Source: a bacterium (lineage in GTDB: Bacteria; Zhuqueibacterota; Zhuqueibacteria; Oceanimicrobiales; Oceanimicrobiaceae). Taken from it: DNA of 24,280 nt. Below, in pieces: positions 1 through 8,704 of the stretch. Every line of letters begins with the position of its first letter. Position 1 is the stretch's first letter. A program made the translations under genes and the position numbers. The stretch covers positions 1 to 24,280 of the forward strand of contig JBHHXN010000073.1 in assembly GCA_046757025.1 (NCBI GenBank), written 5' to 3'. Under the pieces are notes generated by a model. The model was not told the DNA's origin, ran no database searches, and saw nothing but the letters and a program-made list of their open reading frames with translations.

Positions 1-142
1 CGCCGGGTTCGCTGCCTTTGGTCCAGTAGGAAGGCAGGGTGCCTTCAAAACCGCCGATGGAATTAATCTGTCCCAAAAGGGTTGGGGACCATAATAAGCA
101 TGAAAGCAAAAATACGGTAGATATTTTAAGAAACAGCTTCAT
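1..142 (-). CDS. 5' part of a secreted protein that runs off the window, possibly a carbohydrate-binding/T9SS-type cargo of the LacI locus
   Basis: ATG at 142 preceded by GGAGG. Manual translation MKLFLKISTVFLLSCLLWSPTLLGQINSIGGFEGTLPSYWTKGSEPG... shows a signal peptide followed by a GGFEG motif typical of CBM-like beta-sandwich starts. Not in the ORF track because it is truncated. Confidence 0.75.
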   Translation of the reverse strand, partial: MKLFLKISTVFLLSCLLWSPTLLGQINSIGGFEGTLPSYWTKGSEPG

Positions 143-273
143 GTTATCCTCCCTTCTCTTTTAAGTGAATAATTTTTAACTAATTAATTATTAGTTTGAA
201 ATTTGTGATTACCTCGATTTCAAAAGGTACGAAATTTCAAGCACTGTAATTGAATTGTGGTGTTGAAAATCAA

Positions 274-335
274 ATCACCTCCTTTCGCATTTTAAGAATT
301 ATTGAATTGCGTATTTAAATTGCTATCACCTCCTT
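274..335 (-). promoter_or_regulatory. Two orphan near-perfect Shine-Dalgarno sequences (AAGGAGGTGAT)
   Basis: Plus strand ATCACCTCCTTT (274-285) and ATCACCTCCTT (325-335) equal the 16S rRNA 3' tail. No correctly spaced start codon follows either on the minus strand. Confidence 0.6.
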
Positions 336-343
336 CATTAAAT

Positions 344-1357
344 TCAATTTGGAATAATTTGATATTTTAAGATTTGACTATTTTTCAGTTGCGAAAAAAA
401 GTCCGCGATTTGTGACAGTTCTAATGGTTTGACCTTGAGCGGTTCGGTGGAAATTTTGTTGGAAGTGAGCAGTTGAATGGCCGTTTGAAATGTGAAAGGA
501 TTGAGCAGGGAGCCTTTCAAGGTCAGCTCGCGATGAAAAAAATCCTGTAGGTTGAGATTCACGCAGTCAGATTTACCTGCCAGGCCGAACAAAACAATTC
601 TTCCGCCGCGCTTTGCCAGTTTCACCGCGCAAGAAACCGCTTTTGAGTTTCCCGCACATTCGATGACCACATCGGCACCGCCGTTTGTGATTTCATTTAC
701 TTCTTCGAACAGCGCGTCAGAGGCCGGATCGAGAACATGATCCGCGCCCAGCCCGGCGGCTATTTCGCGCTTTTCGGCCACCGGTTCCATGAGGAGTGTC
801 ATGGCGGCGCCGGCTAATCGAACCAATTGCAGCATCAGTAGCCCGATGGTGCCGCCGCCGACAATGGCCACGGCGTCGCCGGTATTTATGGCCGCCTGCT
901 GAATTCCATGCAGACAGCATGAAAGCGGCTCTGCAAACGCGGCTGTTTCTGCTGGAAAATCATCCGGCAGCCCGTACGCTTGACCTGCGGGCACGATGGC
1001 ATATTCTGCAAAACCGCCGTTCAGGTTTACCCCCAGCGCTTTGAGATTCGTGCAAAGATGAATTTTCCCGGCTCGGCAGAAGGAACAGGTTCTGCAAGGG
1101 ATGTTGGGATCGATGGCCACGTGGTCGTCGCTTTTGAAATCAACCACACTGGCGCCGGTTTCAACTACGCGGCCAACAAACTCGTGGCCTAAAATCACCG
1201 GCGGGCTGGCCGGCGCTTCACCGGCGTAGATGTGATGGTCGGTACCGCAAACGCCGCAAGCCTCGATTTGAACGCAAATCTCCTGGGGTTGGAGATTTCT
1301 GAGTGGATAGTCCGTCAAGGCCATTTCGAATGGTTTGTTAAAAACCACCGCTTGCAT
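344..1357 (-). CDS. Zinc-dependent medium-chain alcohol/polyol dehydrogenase
   Basis: CGTDHH and GHE catalytic Zn motifs, CxxCxxCx7C structural Zn site, GGGTIG Rossmann motif; 337 aa. Confidence 0.93.
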   Translation of the reverse strand: MQAVVFNKPFEMALTDYPLRNLQPQEICVQIEACGVCGTDHHIYAGEAPASPPVILGHEFVGRVVETGASVVDFKSDDHVAIDPNIPCRTCSFCRAGKIHLCTNLKALGVNLNGGFAEYAIVPAGQAYGLPDDFPAETAAFAEPLSCCLHGIQQAAINTGDAVAIVGGGTIGLLMLQLVRLAGAAMTLLMEPVAEKREIAAGLGADHVLDPASDALFEEVNEITNGGADVVIECAGNSKAVSCAVKLAKRGGRIVLFGLAGKSDCVNLNLQDFFHRELTLKGSLLNPFTFQTAIQLLTSNKISTEPLKVKPLELSQIADFFSQLKNSQILKYQIIPN

Positions 1358-1376
1358 ATTTATTCCTGTTATTGGA

Positions 1377-2402
1377 TTAGCTGCTCGTTACCGGAGCCGT
1401 GGATTCCCGGAGAATCAGCTCCACCGGCACCAGGCTTTGCTCAACCATGCTTTGTTCTTTTTCAATTTTTTCCACAAGCCGCCGCACCGCGATGGCGCCT
1501 AATTCTTCCTTGAAAACTCGGACAGTGGAAAGTTGGGGTTCCACTTGCAGGCAAACCTCGATATCATCAAAACCGATAAGGGACACGTCTTTTGGTATTT
1601 GCAGATTCCGTTCGCGCAAACAGCGCATGGCGCCGATGGCCATGGTGTCATTTGAAGCAAATAAAGCCGTGAAGGACACGCCGGCGTCCAGAAGTTTGCA
1701 GGTGGCCCGGTAACCGTCATCTACGCCGGTGGACATTTCATCGTGCGAGATCAAATTATCCGCAACCGGTAGATTGTGCTCGATGTGCGTTTCTCTGTAA
1801 CCACGAAGCCGTTCGGCAATACTGGGGTGGTTGATCTCGCCGCCGATAAAAGCGATTTTGCGGTGACCGCTTTTCATCAGGTGGGAGACCGCCTGGCGCG
1901 CCCCCTGAAAATTGTCGATGAACACATTCGACACTTTGCTCATCTGGAGGCAGTAGTCCACTAAAATGAGAGGGATGCCTAAATTTTGAACGTACTCGAT
2001 CAATTTTGCTGGTACCTTACCCGCCAGAATTACGCCGTCGACGTTTTTTTCAAGTAGAAAGCGCGGTACCGACTCGTGAACTTTGAAGGATTTTTTCACG
2101 GTGGTGAGGAGGACGTAATAGTTGTGTTTTCGGGCTTCGAACTCGGTTCCGAGAAAGATTTTTGTGTAAAACGGCTCTGCTAATGAGAAGTGGTCTTCGG
2201 TGAGAATGAATCCAATGTTAAAAGTTCTTTTTGAAGCCAGCCCGCGGGCGTTGCGACGAGGATGATAATTCAGGCTGGCAATGACCTCTTGAACTTTCTT
2301 TTTGGTGGTGGGACTAACATTGCTTTTGTTGTTGATCACCAGCGAAACCGTGGACAAGGAAACGCCGGCTTTTTTGGCAACATCTTTGATGGTTGGTGAC
2401 AT
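1377..2402 (-). CDS. LacI/GalR-family transcriptional regulator
   Basis: N-terminal HTH TIKDVAKKAGVSLSTVSLV, hinge YHPRRNARGL, sugar-binding domain ending IPKDVSLIGFDD...LILREST. Confidence 0.96.
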   Translation of the reverse strand: MSPTIKDVAKKAGVSLSTVSLVINNKSNVSPTTKKKVQEVIASLNYHPRRNARGLASKRTFNIGFILTEDHFSLAEPFYTKIFLGTEFEARKHNYYVLLTTVKKSFKVHESVPRFLLEKNVDGVILAGKVPAKLIEYVQNLGIPLILVDYCLQMSKVSNVFIDNFQGARQAVSHLMKSGHRKIAFIGGEINHPSIAERLRGYRETHIEHNLPVADNLISHDEMSTGVDDGYRATCKLLDAGVSFTALFASNDTMAIGAMRCLRERNLQIPKDVSLIGFDDIEVCLQVEPQLSTVRVFKEELGAIAVRRLVEKIEKEQSMVEQSLVPVELILRESTAPVTSS

Positions 2403-2406
2403 AATC

Positions 2407-2434
2407 TATAAAAACGTTTTTATAAACGCTTACA
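2407..2434. promoter_or_regulatory. Tandem LacI-family operators immediately upstream of lacI
   Basis: Perfect 18-bp palindrome TATAAAAACGTTTTTATA (2407-2424) overlapping TATAAACGCTTACA (2421-2434); both have the central CG typical of LacI sites. Confidence 0.7.
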
Positions 2435-2493
2435 TTATTTATGATTAAATGCCAGTTTATACTCTAATTTGTGGGGAATTGACGCTGAAAATA

Positions 2494-2511
2494 TATCGAA
2501 ACGTTTCGATA
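2494..2511. promoter_or_regulatory. LacI-family operator over the predicted transcription start
   Basis: Perfect 18-bp palindrome TATCGAAACGTTTCGATA. Confidence 0.78.
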
Positions 2512-2539
2512 AAATAACAAATAAATTGTAATTTGTCAA
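2511..2539 (-). promoter_or_regulatory. Sigma70-type promoter of the lacI operon
   Basis: Minus strand TTGACA (2539-2534), 17-bp spacer, TATTTT (2516-2511). Confidence 0.6.
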
Positions 2540-2714
2540 GTAAAAGTTGAAAAAAGTGTTAAAACCTCACTCATGGCGGGGAATCCATCGGTCTTGTTAG
2601 GGCAGTCTAAAAATCGCAGTTTTTCAACCAGAGAGGAATCGAAGGGTGTACGGCTATCCAGTTAACTCAGCTTGAACTTATAAAAGCTCTTTTCGATTGA
2701 TATAAACCTTAATC

Positions 2715-2800
2715 GTCATGCCCGCGAAGGCGGGCATCCAGAGGTTTCGACCGCCTCAATTCTTTGTTTCTAAATGGATTCCCGCTTTCGCGGGAATGAC
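2715..2800. repeat. REP-like double-hairpin palindromic element (GTCAT..CC / GGAATGAC type)
   Basis: GTCATGCCCGCGAAGGCGGGCATCCA (2715-2740) and inverted partner TGGATTCCCGCTTTCGCGGGAATGAC (2775-2800). Confidence 0.85.
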
Positions 2801-2997
2801 TGACTATAGGCATTCTTTTAAATACTGAATTCAGTAATAACCCCGTTTTTGAGCAAACTAGATAACCGTAGAAGGGTGTTGTAAGTTGTATAAAGACAAA
2901 CATGCTTTCCCGAATTCACTTGGGATTCAGCATGAATTGATTTATTCATATTTGATTTTTTGGACAACCTCCAACCAAGATCGCTATTCAAGTTCAT

Positions 2998-3340
2998 GAG
3001 CTTGCGTGAAAATTCAAACACAGAGACTTTTGCTTTCTCTGTCTTGTGGAACACAGGTTGTGGAAATCACTTTTGTTTTGACATAAAGTCCTGTTTATTA
3101 AAAAGATCTCGCGGTTGCGGGATTACATTGAGGTGATGTTTAGTTAGTGTCTGAACGAAAACTCGAGAAATGCACGATTTCTAAACCTCTTCGCGAAGGC
3201 GTCCCTTCGACAAAGCTCAGGACAGGCCCCGCCGAGCCAAGCAGGAATTCACACTCGGCCCGGAGGCCTCGGGAAGATGGAGTCGTTTTCGTTCAAACTA
3301 TGATTAAGAAACGTCTCAATGGATCTTTTCGCACAGTTTG
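2998..3340 (-). mobile_element. MITE family B, degenerate inverted copy, interrupted by a family A MITE
   Basis: Ends GAGCTTGCGTGAAAA / TTTTCGCACAGTTTG. The reverse complement contains ATGTAATCCCGCAACCGCGAGATCTTTTTAATAAACAG, nearly identical to the interior of 23447-23607. Confidence 0.7.
3147..3298. mobile_element. MITE family A, nested inside the family B copy
   Basis: TIRs GTGTCTGAACGAAAAC / GTTTTCGTTCAAAC flanked by TA. Same TIR as 22291-22411; interior carries a CCTTCGACAAAGCTCAGGACAGG repeat. Confidence 0.7.
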
Positions 3341-3420
3341 CAAATCTTGAACACACAACCTGGGAGCGTTTCTTGAAAGAGGATGAGTTTTGAAATGACT
3401 ATGGCATGGTGGTTTGCAGA

Positions 3421-4500
3421 TTAATGATTCACAACGATCAATTTACCGGGATTTTCTTTTGTCGCCCGGCCGACAATTTGCGCCGCGATGGTACCGCCGG
3501 CGTGGAGTGCTGCTACGAATTCGTCGGCTATCTCTGAATTCAACGAAATCAGCAATCCGCCAGAAGTTTGTGGATCGAACAAAACGCACATTTTTTCCTC
3601 TGAAATTTGTTCGTCAAATTCCAGATGTTTTTGCAGGTATTCGCGATTGCTGACATCCCCCATGGTGAGGAATTTACGTGCAGCCAGCTTCTCCACGCCG
3701 GCAAATATGGGAATGGCAGCCGCATAAAAGACCAGTCCCACGGCGCTTTCCCGGGCTAGGTTCCAGGCATGACCCAGCAAGCCGAAACCGGTGATATCCG
3801 TACAAGCGTGCGCACCATATTTTACCGCAAGCGAGGCTGCGTGCTGATTCAGAGTCAGCATGGATTGCGTGACGCTTCGATAAAGTTCGTTCGGTATGGA
3901 GTCGAGTTTAAAAGCAGTAGTGACGATGCCTGTGCCCAGGGGTTTGGTTAAGATCAAGGTGTCGCCGGCTTGCGCTCCGCGGGTGGTCAATATTTTTGAG
4001 GGCGCGATTTTGCCTGTCACCGCCAAACCGTATTTGAGCTCCTTGTCTTCCACCGTATGGCCGCCCACAATGACGCAGCCGGCTTCCGTGGCCTTGTCGT
4101 GTCCGCCTTTTAAAATTTCCACCAATACCTTCGCGTCCATTTGACTTTTGGGAAAGCCTACGATGTTGAGTGCGGTAACGGGTTCGCCGCCCATGGCGTA
4201 AATGTCCGAAAGGGAATTGGCCGCAGCGATGGCGCCAAAGGTGTACGGATCATCCACGATGGGCGTGAAAAAGTCCACTGTTTGCACCAGCGCTAATTCG
4301 TCGCTGAGTTTGAACACGCCGGCGTCATCCAGCGTATTCATGCCGACCAGCAGGTCGGGATGTTCTGGTTTTGGGAGTTGATTGAGTACTTGCGCCAACG
4401 CCGTTGGGCTCAGTTTCGATGCTCAGCCAGCGCAGGCCACGGTGTGGGTCAATCGAAATATTTCTTTTTTGCTTTTGTTTGAATTTGATTTTTCGTTCAT
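3421..4500 (-). CDS. selD: Selenophosphate synthetase SelD, selenocysteine-containing (Sec26), 359 aa
   Basis: The frame extends upstream of the tracked TTG (4398) to ATG 4500: MNEKSNSNKSKKEIFRLTHTVACAG-U-ASKLSPTALAQVL. The TGA at 4425-4423 sits at the catalytic Cys/Sec position. DDAGV, QTVDFFTPIVDDP, ANSLSDIYAMGG, TDITGFGLLGH and DPQTSGGLL motifs are present. Confidence 0.95.
4392..4422 (-). promoter_or_regulatory. Bacterial SECIS element of selD
   Basis: After the UGA: GCATCGAAACTGA-GC-CCAAC-GGC-GTTGG-C-GC, a stem-loop whose G-first apical loop starts 21 nt downstream of the UGA. Confidence 0.7.
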
Positions 4501-4550
4501 ATTATAAATTGAAACTCAGTCAATAATGTGCTTTGTTGGTTTGGTGCCGG

Positions 4551-6455
4551 TTAGTGGATTCTCAAAACTCTAACATCTTCCATACGCTCGGTTATTCCAA
4601 TGGCGTCGAAATAGCTCAATAGGGGCAGGGCATATTTGCGGCTGGTGTTTCCCAGTAAATCTTTGAACTGGCTGACGGTGATTTCCCGATGTTTCTTTAA
4701 AAAGGAAAGCAATTTTTCTTTGGCTTCTTCGACACGATGGCCATGAAAGTACATGCTGTTTTCTACGCGCACGATTTCGCCGCTGCTGATCATGAGATTG
4801 AGAATTTCGCTTAACACGTCCGGGGCCGCGCCAATTTTAGCTTCCAGCTCAGCCTCCGAAGAAGTGGCAAAACCTTCCTCAAAGAGCCGAGCCGCAATTT
4901 TCTCCCGCCATTTTTGATGTTCTTCGGGCAATTCTATTTTATGTGAGCTCAGGCCGATGACCCCCCCCTGTTCCTTGATCCGTGGTTCTTTTTTCAGCTC
5001 ATCCAGGGTAAAATCAAACAACTCGCGGTCGATTTTTGCGGCAATCCTTTTTTGCAACTCCGCCTTTGGCAGGCCCAATTTGAGCGGATTTTTTTGATGG
5101 AACAAATTTAACGATTCCAGGATCAGCGATTGTAATTTGTTGAAATTATTTGCGTGCAGCACCGCGATTTTGCCAGCTTTTTTAAGCGTGAACAGTTTTT
5201 GTTCAGCGGAAAGCCGGTTCAACAGTTCTTGCAAAGATTCTTTGGATGCGGCAATTTCAGAGGTCAATTGCTCCAGGGTCAGCAATCGGAACTCGGCGGC
5301 AAACAATTTTCTTTCTAGAACTTCCAGTGGATTTTCCTTTTCCAGGGTTTGCATTTCCTGCAGGAGCGTGGGGTCGGACATTTTATGGCGGCGGGCGTTG
5401 GCGTCCAGAATAACGCCCCCGCCGATGGTGAGGGTGGGCGAGTACTGTCGAATGACGAACGGGTCCAACCGCCGGGCGCAAGCGGTTTCTTCCAGATGAA
5501 ATTGCACGAAAGCGGTCTCCCCGGGCGCGATTTGCGAAACCCGCATCAGCGACACCCTGGCCATGACCTCGGTGGTGCCGAAATGCAGTCGCACCCGGCT
5601 GCGCGGCTTCAGCGCTCGCGGTGCGGATTCCAGCAATTGCAATCGTGCGTCAAATCGCTGCGACGGTTTGAAATAGTCGGTCTCCGCCAGCACGTCCCCG
5701 CGATGGATTTGTCTTTTGTCCAGGGCTTGCAGATTGATGGCGGCGCGGTCGCCGGCGCTGACTTTTTCCACGGTGTGACCGTGACTCTGTAACCCGCGGA
5801 TTTTGGCTACGACTTTGTGGGGTAAAATTTCCACTGTGCTGCCGACTTTGATTTCGCCTGCCAGAACCGAGCCCGTCACCACCGTTCCAAATCCTTTCAT
5901 GGTGAAAGAACGGTCCACCGGCATCCAGAAGATGCCCTGGTTTTGCTTGCGATTGATTTTTGTTAATTCCGTTTCCAACCGGGATTTGAGCTCCGCCATG
6001 CCGTCGTGGGTGGCGGTGGAAACGGGCACGATGGGTGCGTCTTCTAAAAAACTGTTTTTGACCAAAGCCCGGATATCGTCTTTGACGAGAGTGAGCCAGT
6101 CCTCTTCCACCAGATCGATTTTGGTGATGACGATAAGACCGTTTTGTATTTGCAGTATTTTCAGGATGTCTAAATGCTCACGGGTTTGCGGCATCACGCC
6201 GTCGTCTGCCGCCACAATGAACAGCACGAAATCGATGGTGCTGACGCCGGCCACCATGTTGCGAATGAATTTTTCATGGCCGGGCACGTCGATGATAGTG
6301 GCTTGGTCGCCCAGATGCGCAAATCCTAAATCGATGGTGAGACCGCGCTCTTTTTCTTCTTTCAGTCGATCCGTGTCCACACCGGTCAAGGCTTTGACTA
6401 CAGACGTCTTGCCGTGGTCGATGTGGCCGGCCGTACCGATGATGAGGTGTTGCAC
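4551..6455 (-). CDS. selB: Selenocysteine-specific elongation factor SelB
   Basis: [36 protein letters not shown] motifs and C-terminal winged helix [13 protein letters not shown]; 634 aa; GTG start with GGAG upstream. Confidence 0.97.
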   Translation of the reverse strand: MQHLIIGTAGHIDHGKTSVVKALTGVDTDRLKEEKERGLTIDLGFAHLGDQATIIDVPGHEKFIRNMVAGVSTIDFVLFIVAADDGVMPQTREHLDILKILQIQNGLIVITKIDLVEEDWLTLVKDDIRALVKNSFLEDAPIVPVSTATHDGMAELKSRLETELTKINRKQNQGIFWMPVDRSFTMKGFGTVVTGSVLAGEIKVGSTVEILPHKVVAKIRGLQSHGHTVEKVSAGDRAAINLQALDKRQIHRGDVLAETDYFKPSQRFDARLQLLESAPRALKPRSRVRLHFGTTEVMARVSLMRVSQIAPGETAFVQFHLEETACARRLDPFVIRQYSPTLTIGGGVILDANARRHKMSDPTLLQEMQTLEKENPLEVLERKLFAAEFRLLTLEQLTSEIAASKESLQELLNRLSAEQKLFTLKKAGKIAVLHANNFNKLQSLILESLNLFHQKNPLKLGLPKAELQKRIAAKIDRELFDFTLDELKKEPRIKEQGGVIGLSSHKIELPEEHQKWREKIAARLFEEGFATSSEAELEAKIGAAPDVLSEILNLMISSGEIVRVENSMYFHGHRVEEAKEKLLSFLKKHREITVSQFKDLLGNTSRKYALPLLSYFDAIGITERMEDVRVLRIH

Positions 6456-6518
6456 GGAAATCTTCTTCTCCAGATTTTAAGGCATAAATTTGAATTTCGA
6501 ATTCTGCAAAATATAAAT

Positions 6519-6551
6519 AAAAAAACCGCCAAAAGCAAAACCTTTGGCGGT
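6519..6551 (-). terminator. Rho-independent terminator downstream of the 513-aa gene
   Basis: Minus strand ACCGCCAAA-GGTTTTGCT-TTTGGCGGT followed by a T run. Confidence 0.7.
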
Positions 6552-6576
6552 CATTCATAAAACGGTGAGTTATTTA

Positions 6577-6734
6577 GTGATTGACCGAAAACAGCCTTTA
6601 CCTGTCATTCCTGCATGTTTTTAGCAGGAATCTCTTGCCTGAAATGAGCGATTCCTGCACAAAGCTTGTCCCTGCATGTCTTTAGTAGGGAGATCGCAGG
6701 AATGACATTAAGAATCGAGTTTTCGGTCAATCAC
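6577..6734. mobile_element. MITE family A (GTGATTGACCGAAAAC TIR variant)
   Basis: Perfect 16-bp TIRs GTGATTGACCGAAAAC / GTTTTCGGTCAATCAC, direct repeat TATTTA on both sides, interior GTCATTCCTGC...GCAGGAATGAC hairpins. Confidence 0.85.
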
Positions 6735-6746
6735 TATTTAATTTGC

Positions 6747-8288
6747 CTAATCGTCCTCCAGACCAAAACCGATCATCTCCGGTTGCGAGCTTTGCTTATC
6801 TCTTGAGCGTGGGTCTTTTTTTTCGTCGTTTTTAGTCGGGATGACCTTTGGCGCTTTGGGAGGCGCATCTTGGGGTTGGGTCACCATTTTTGTCTTCGGT
6901 TTTGGCCTGGATTCTACTTTTGCGTTCTGGTTGCGTTTATTGACTTTTTTGGATTCTGGCTCTTTTGATTTGGTGGCCGCCGTTTCTTTGCGAAAGACGC
7001 CGTAGTTGATAGCCGGTTCTTTTTCTTCTACTTCCAGATTTTTCGCGGCATAATTGAAAAGCTTGGCCAGGACGCCGAGAACGAGGCTGGTAACGATGCG
7101 CAGTTTTTTGAAAGTGGTCAAAAGAAAATTACGCTCCCGAAATCCGACATCCCCAACTTCAAGCTGGTTGCCGCGGCTGCTTTTGAGCATTTCCACGGCT
7201 GAATAATTTTCCGCCACTTTGATTACCAGCACTTTCCCTTTGAAAATAATGTTTCGCCCATCTTTTTTGTAGAGTCGGATGATGTCGTCCGGTTTGACGC
7301 CGTCCTCGCTGCCCTGATCGATGACGCCAAATTTTCCGTTTTTCTTGATCAAATGCGCCGGGAACAGGGAAAATTTGCCATAAGTTGGCGATTTCAAACC
7401 GATCACTTTCAGGAAAATGGTCAGTGCAATGGTGAAAACGGTGACGGCAAATAGAATCACATTTTGATATTTCAAAATACGAATTTGTTTAGCGCTTTTC
7501 TCCAGGGCGATGGCGCTCGCATCGGGATAATCGATTTCGGTTGGAGTTGCAATGATCGGTTCTATGGCCTCTGTGGCGGTCATGGATTCCGGTCGTAGCT
7601 TTTGCTGCGAGCCGGCTTTTTTTGTACGCGCCTGTGATTTCGATTTAGATAACGATTTGGGTTCAACGATCACCAACTGCGGTTTTTTGACTTCAGGAAC
7701 TTTGATTTCCGGCTTGGTTGGATCAGAAACCGTTGCTTCCTGATCGATTTCGCTTTCAAGCGATTCTCGTGAGACTTCGGGTTTGAACAAATCCTGAAAT
7801 TCGTCGGGTGTTTTCTCAGGCTCTTCAGCCGGTTTTTGCACCGCGCGCGGGGTTGGCTTCGGGTTTTTTTTCGGCTTTTGATCGATTAAATCTTCGGTTT
7901 GAAAATAGAGCTTCGGAGTTTGCGAGGACTCTGGTTTCTCAGTAGTCGGGGATTTGGTTTTTAAGTCAGAGATTTTAATAATGCCCCCATCTTTATCTTC
8001 AATATAATCGATTTCAGTGAGATAAAATTTTTCAGCTTTCGAATACAATAAGCCTTTTTTTACTTTCATCACCACAAAATCGTTGCCGATGTCCCAGAGC
8101 GTGCCTTTTACATCATCGCCGTTTTTTAATAACAGCTTGCATTTTTGACCAACTAATGGCAATAATGATAAATTTTCGTCTTTGAGTGCGGATATTTCTT
8201 GTTGACTTGAGCTTAATAAGTAGGTCGTTCCACTGGTGAAACACACCCCCAATACTGCAATTAAAAGCACAAAGTATTTCTTATCCAT
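6747..8288 (-). CDS. Hypothetical membrane protein (signal/TM, Sm-like small domain, long linker, TM, small beta domain, K/P-rich tail)
   Basis: 513-aa ORF with hydrophobic segments at the N-terminus, at VILFAVTVFTIALTIFLKVIGL and at IVTSLVLGVLAKLF; followed by a terminator. Confidence 0.8.
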   Translation of the reverse strand: MDKKYFVLLIAVLGVCFTSGTTYLLSSSQQEISALKDENLSLLPLVGQKCKLLLKNGDDVKGTLWDIGNDFVVMKVKKGLLYSKAEKFYLTEIDYIEDKDGGIIKISDLKTKSPTTEKPESSQTPKLYFQTEDLIDQKPKKNPKPTPRAVQKPAEEPEKTPDEFQDLFKPEVSRESLESEIDQEATVSDPTKPEIKVPEVKKPQLVIVEPKSLSKSKSQARTKKAGSQQKLRPESMTATEAIEPIIATPTEIDYPDASAIALEKSAKQIRILKYQNVILFAVTVFTIALTIFLKVIGLKSPTYGKFSLFPAHLIKKNGKFGVIDQGSEDGVKPDDIIRLYKKDGRNIIFKGKVLVIKVAENYSAVEMLKSSRGNQLEVGDVGFRERNFLLTTFKKLRIVTSLVLGVLAKLFNYAAKNLEVEEKEPAINYGVFRKETAATKSKEPESKKVNKRNQNAKVESRPKPKTKMVTQPQDAPPKAPKVIPTKNDEKKDPRSRDKQSSQPEMIGFGLEDD

Positions 8289-8466
8289 TATTCTTTTCCT
8301 TGAAAAATTCGCAAATCATCTCCGTAAATTCCAAAAATGAAATAATTGTATTTTATTAATATTATTTTCGACTATGTTTTTAAAAATCTTAATGTAATAG
8401 TAGTAATATCCGGCATGTGCTGGAAGCGGCTGATTGGAGCGTCGATCTAAATACTTTTGTTAAATA

Positions 8467-8625
8467 GTGATTGATCGAAATCTCGATTCTTGATGTCATT
8501 CCAGCGATCTCCCTACTAAAGACATGCAGGGACAAGCTTTGTGCTGGAATCTCCTCATTTCAGGCAGGTGATACCTGCTAAAAACTTGCAGGAATGAAAA
8601 GAAAAAGCTGTTTTCGGTCAATCAC
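8467..8625. mobile_element. MITE family A, inverted copy of 6577-6734
   Basis: About 90% identical by eye to the reverse complement of 6577-6734; flanks TAAATA / TAAAAA. Confidence 0.85.
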
Positions 8626-8651
8626 TAAAAAGGGAAAACTTTTTTCAAAAG

Positions 8652-8677
8652 GGAATAAAAAGACCGTTTGGTCTGTT
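8652..8677 (+). promoter_or_regulatory. SigR/SigH-type ECF promoter with an embedded TetR-type operator
   Basis: GGAAT (8652-8656), 18 bp, GTT (8675-8677); the spacer contains the palindrome AGACC-GTTT-GGTCT (8661-8674). Confidence 0.65.
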
Positions 8678-8704
8678 TTAGATTAATGACATTGGGAAGA
8701 AACG

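Noticed and set aside
2599..2970. A further MITE bounded by AGGGCAGTCTAAAAATC / GATTTTTTGGACAACCT
   Set aside because: Only about two-thirds of positions match, there is no TSD and no second copy in the window.
2709..3350. Short ORFs of 64, 78 and 67 aa in the lacI-selD gap
   Set aside because: They translate REP/MITE sequence (SHSRESGNP, LDARLRGHD, PSTKLRTG) and show no protein-family signal.
2581..3420. CRISPR array or integron attC array among the intergenic repeats
   Set aside because: No regularly spaced direct repeats with unique spacers, and no cas or integrase gene in the window.
4572..4598. SigR-type promoter inside the selB 3' end driving selD
   Set aside because: The minus-strand GGAAT...GTT spacing is 19 rather than 18 bp and it lies in coding sequence; likely chance.
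6577..8625. Composite transposon: two inverted MITE copies flanking the 513-aa gene
   Set aside because: Each copy has its own matching flanks (TATTTA/TATTTA and TAAATA/TAAAAA) while the outer flanks do not match each other, so independent insertions are more parsimonious.
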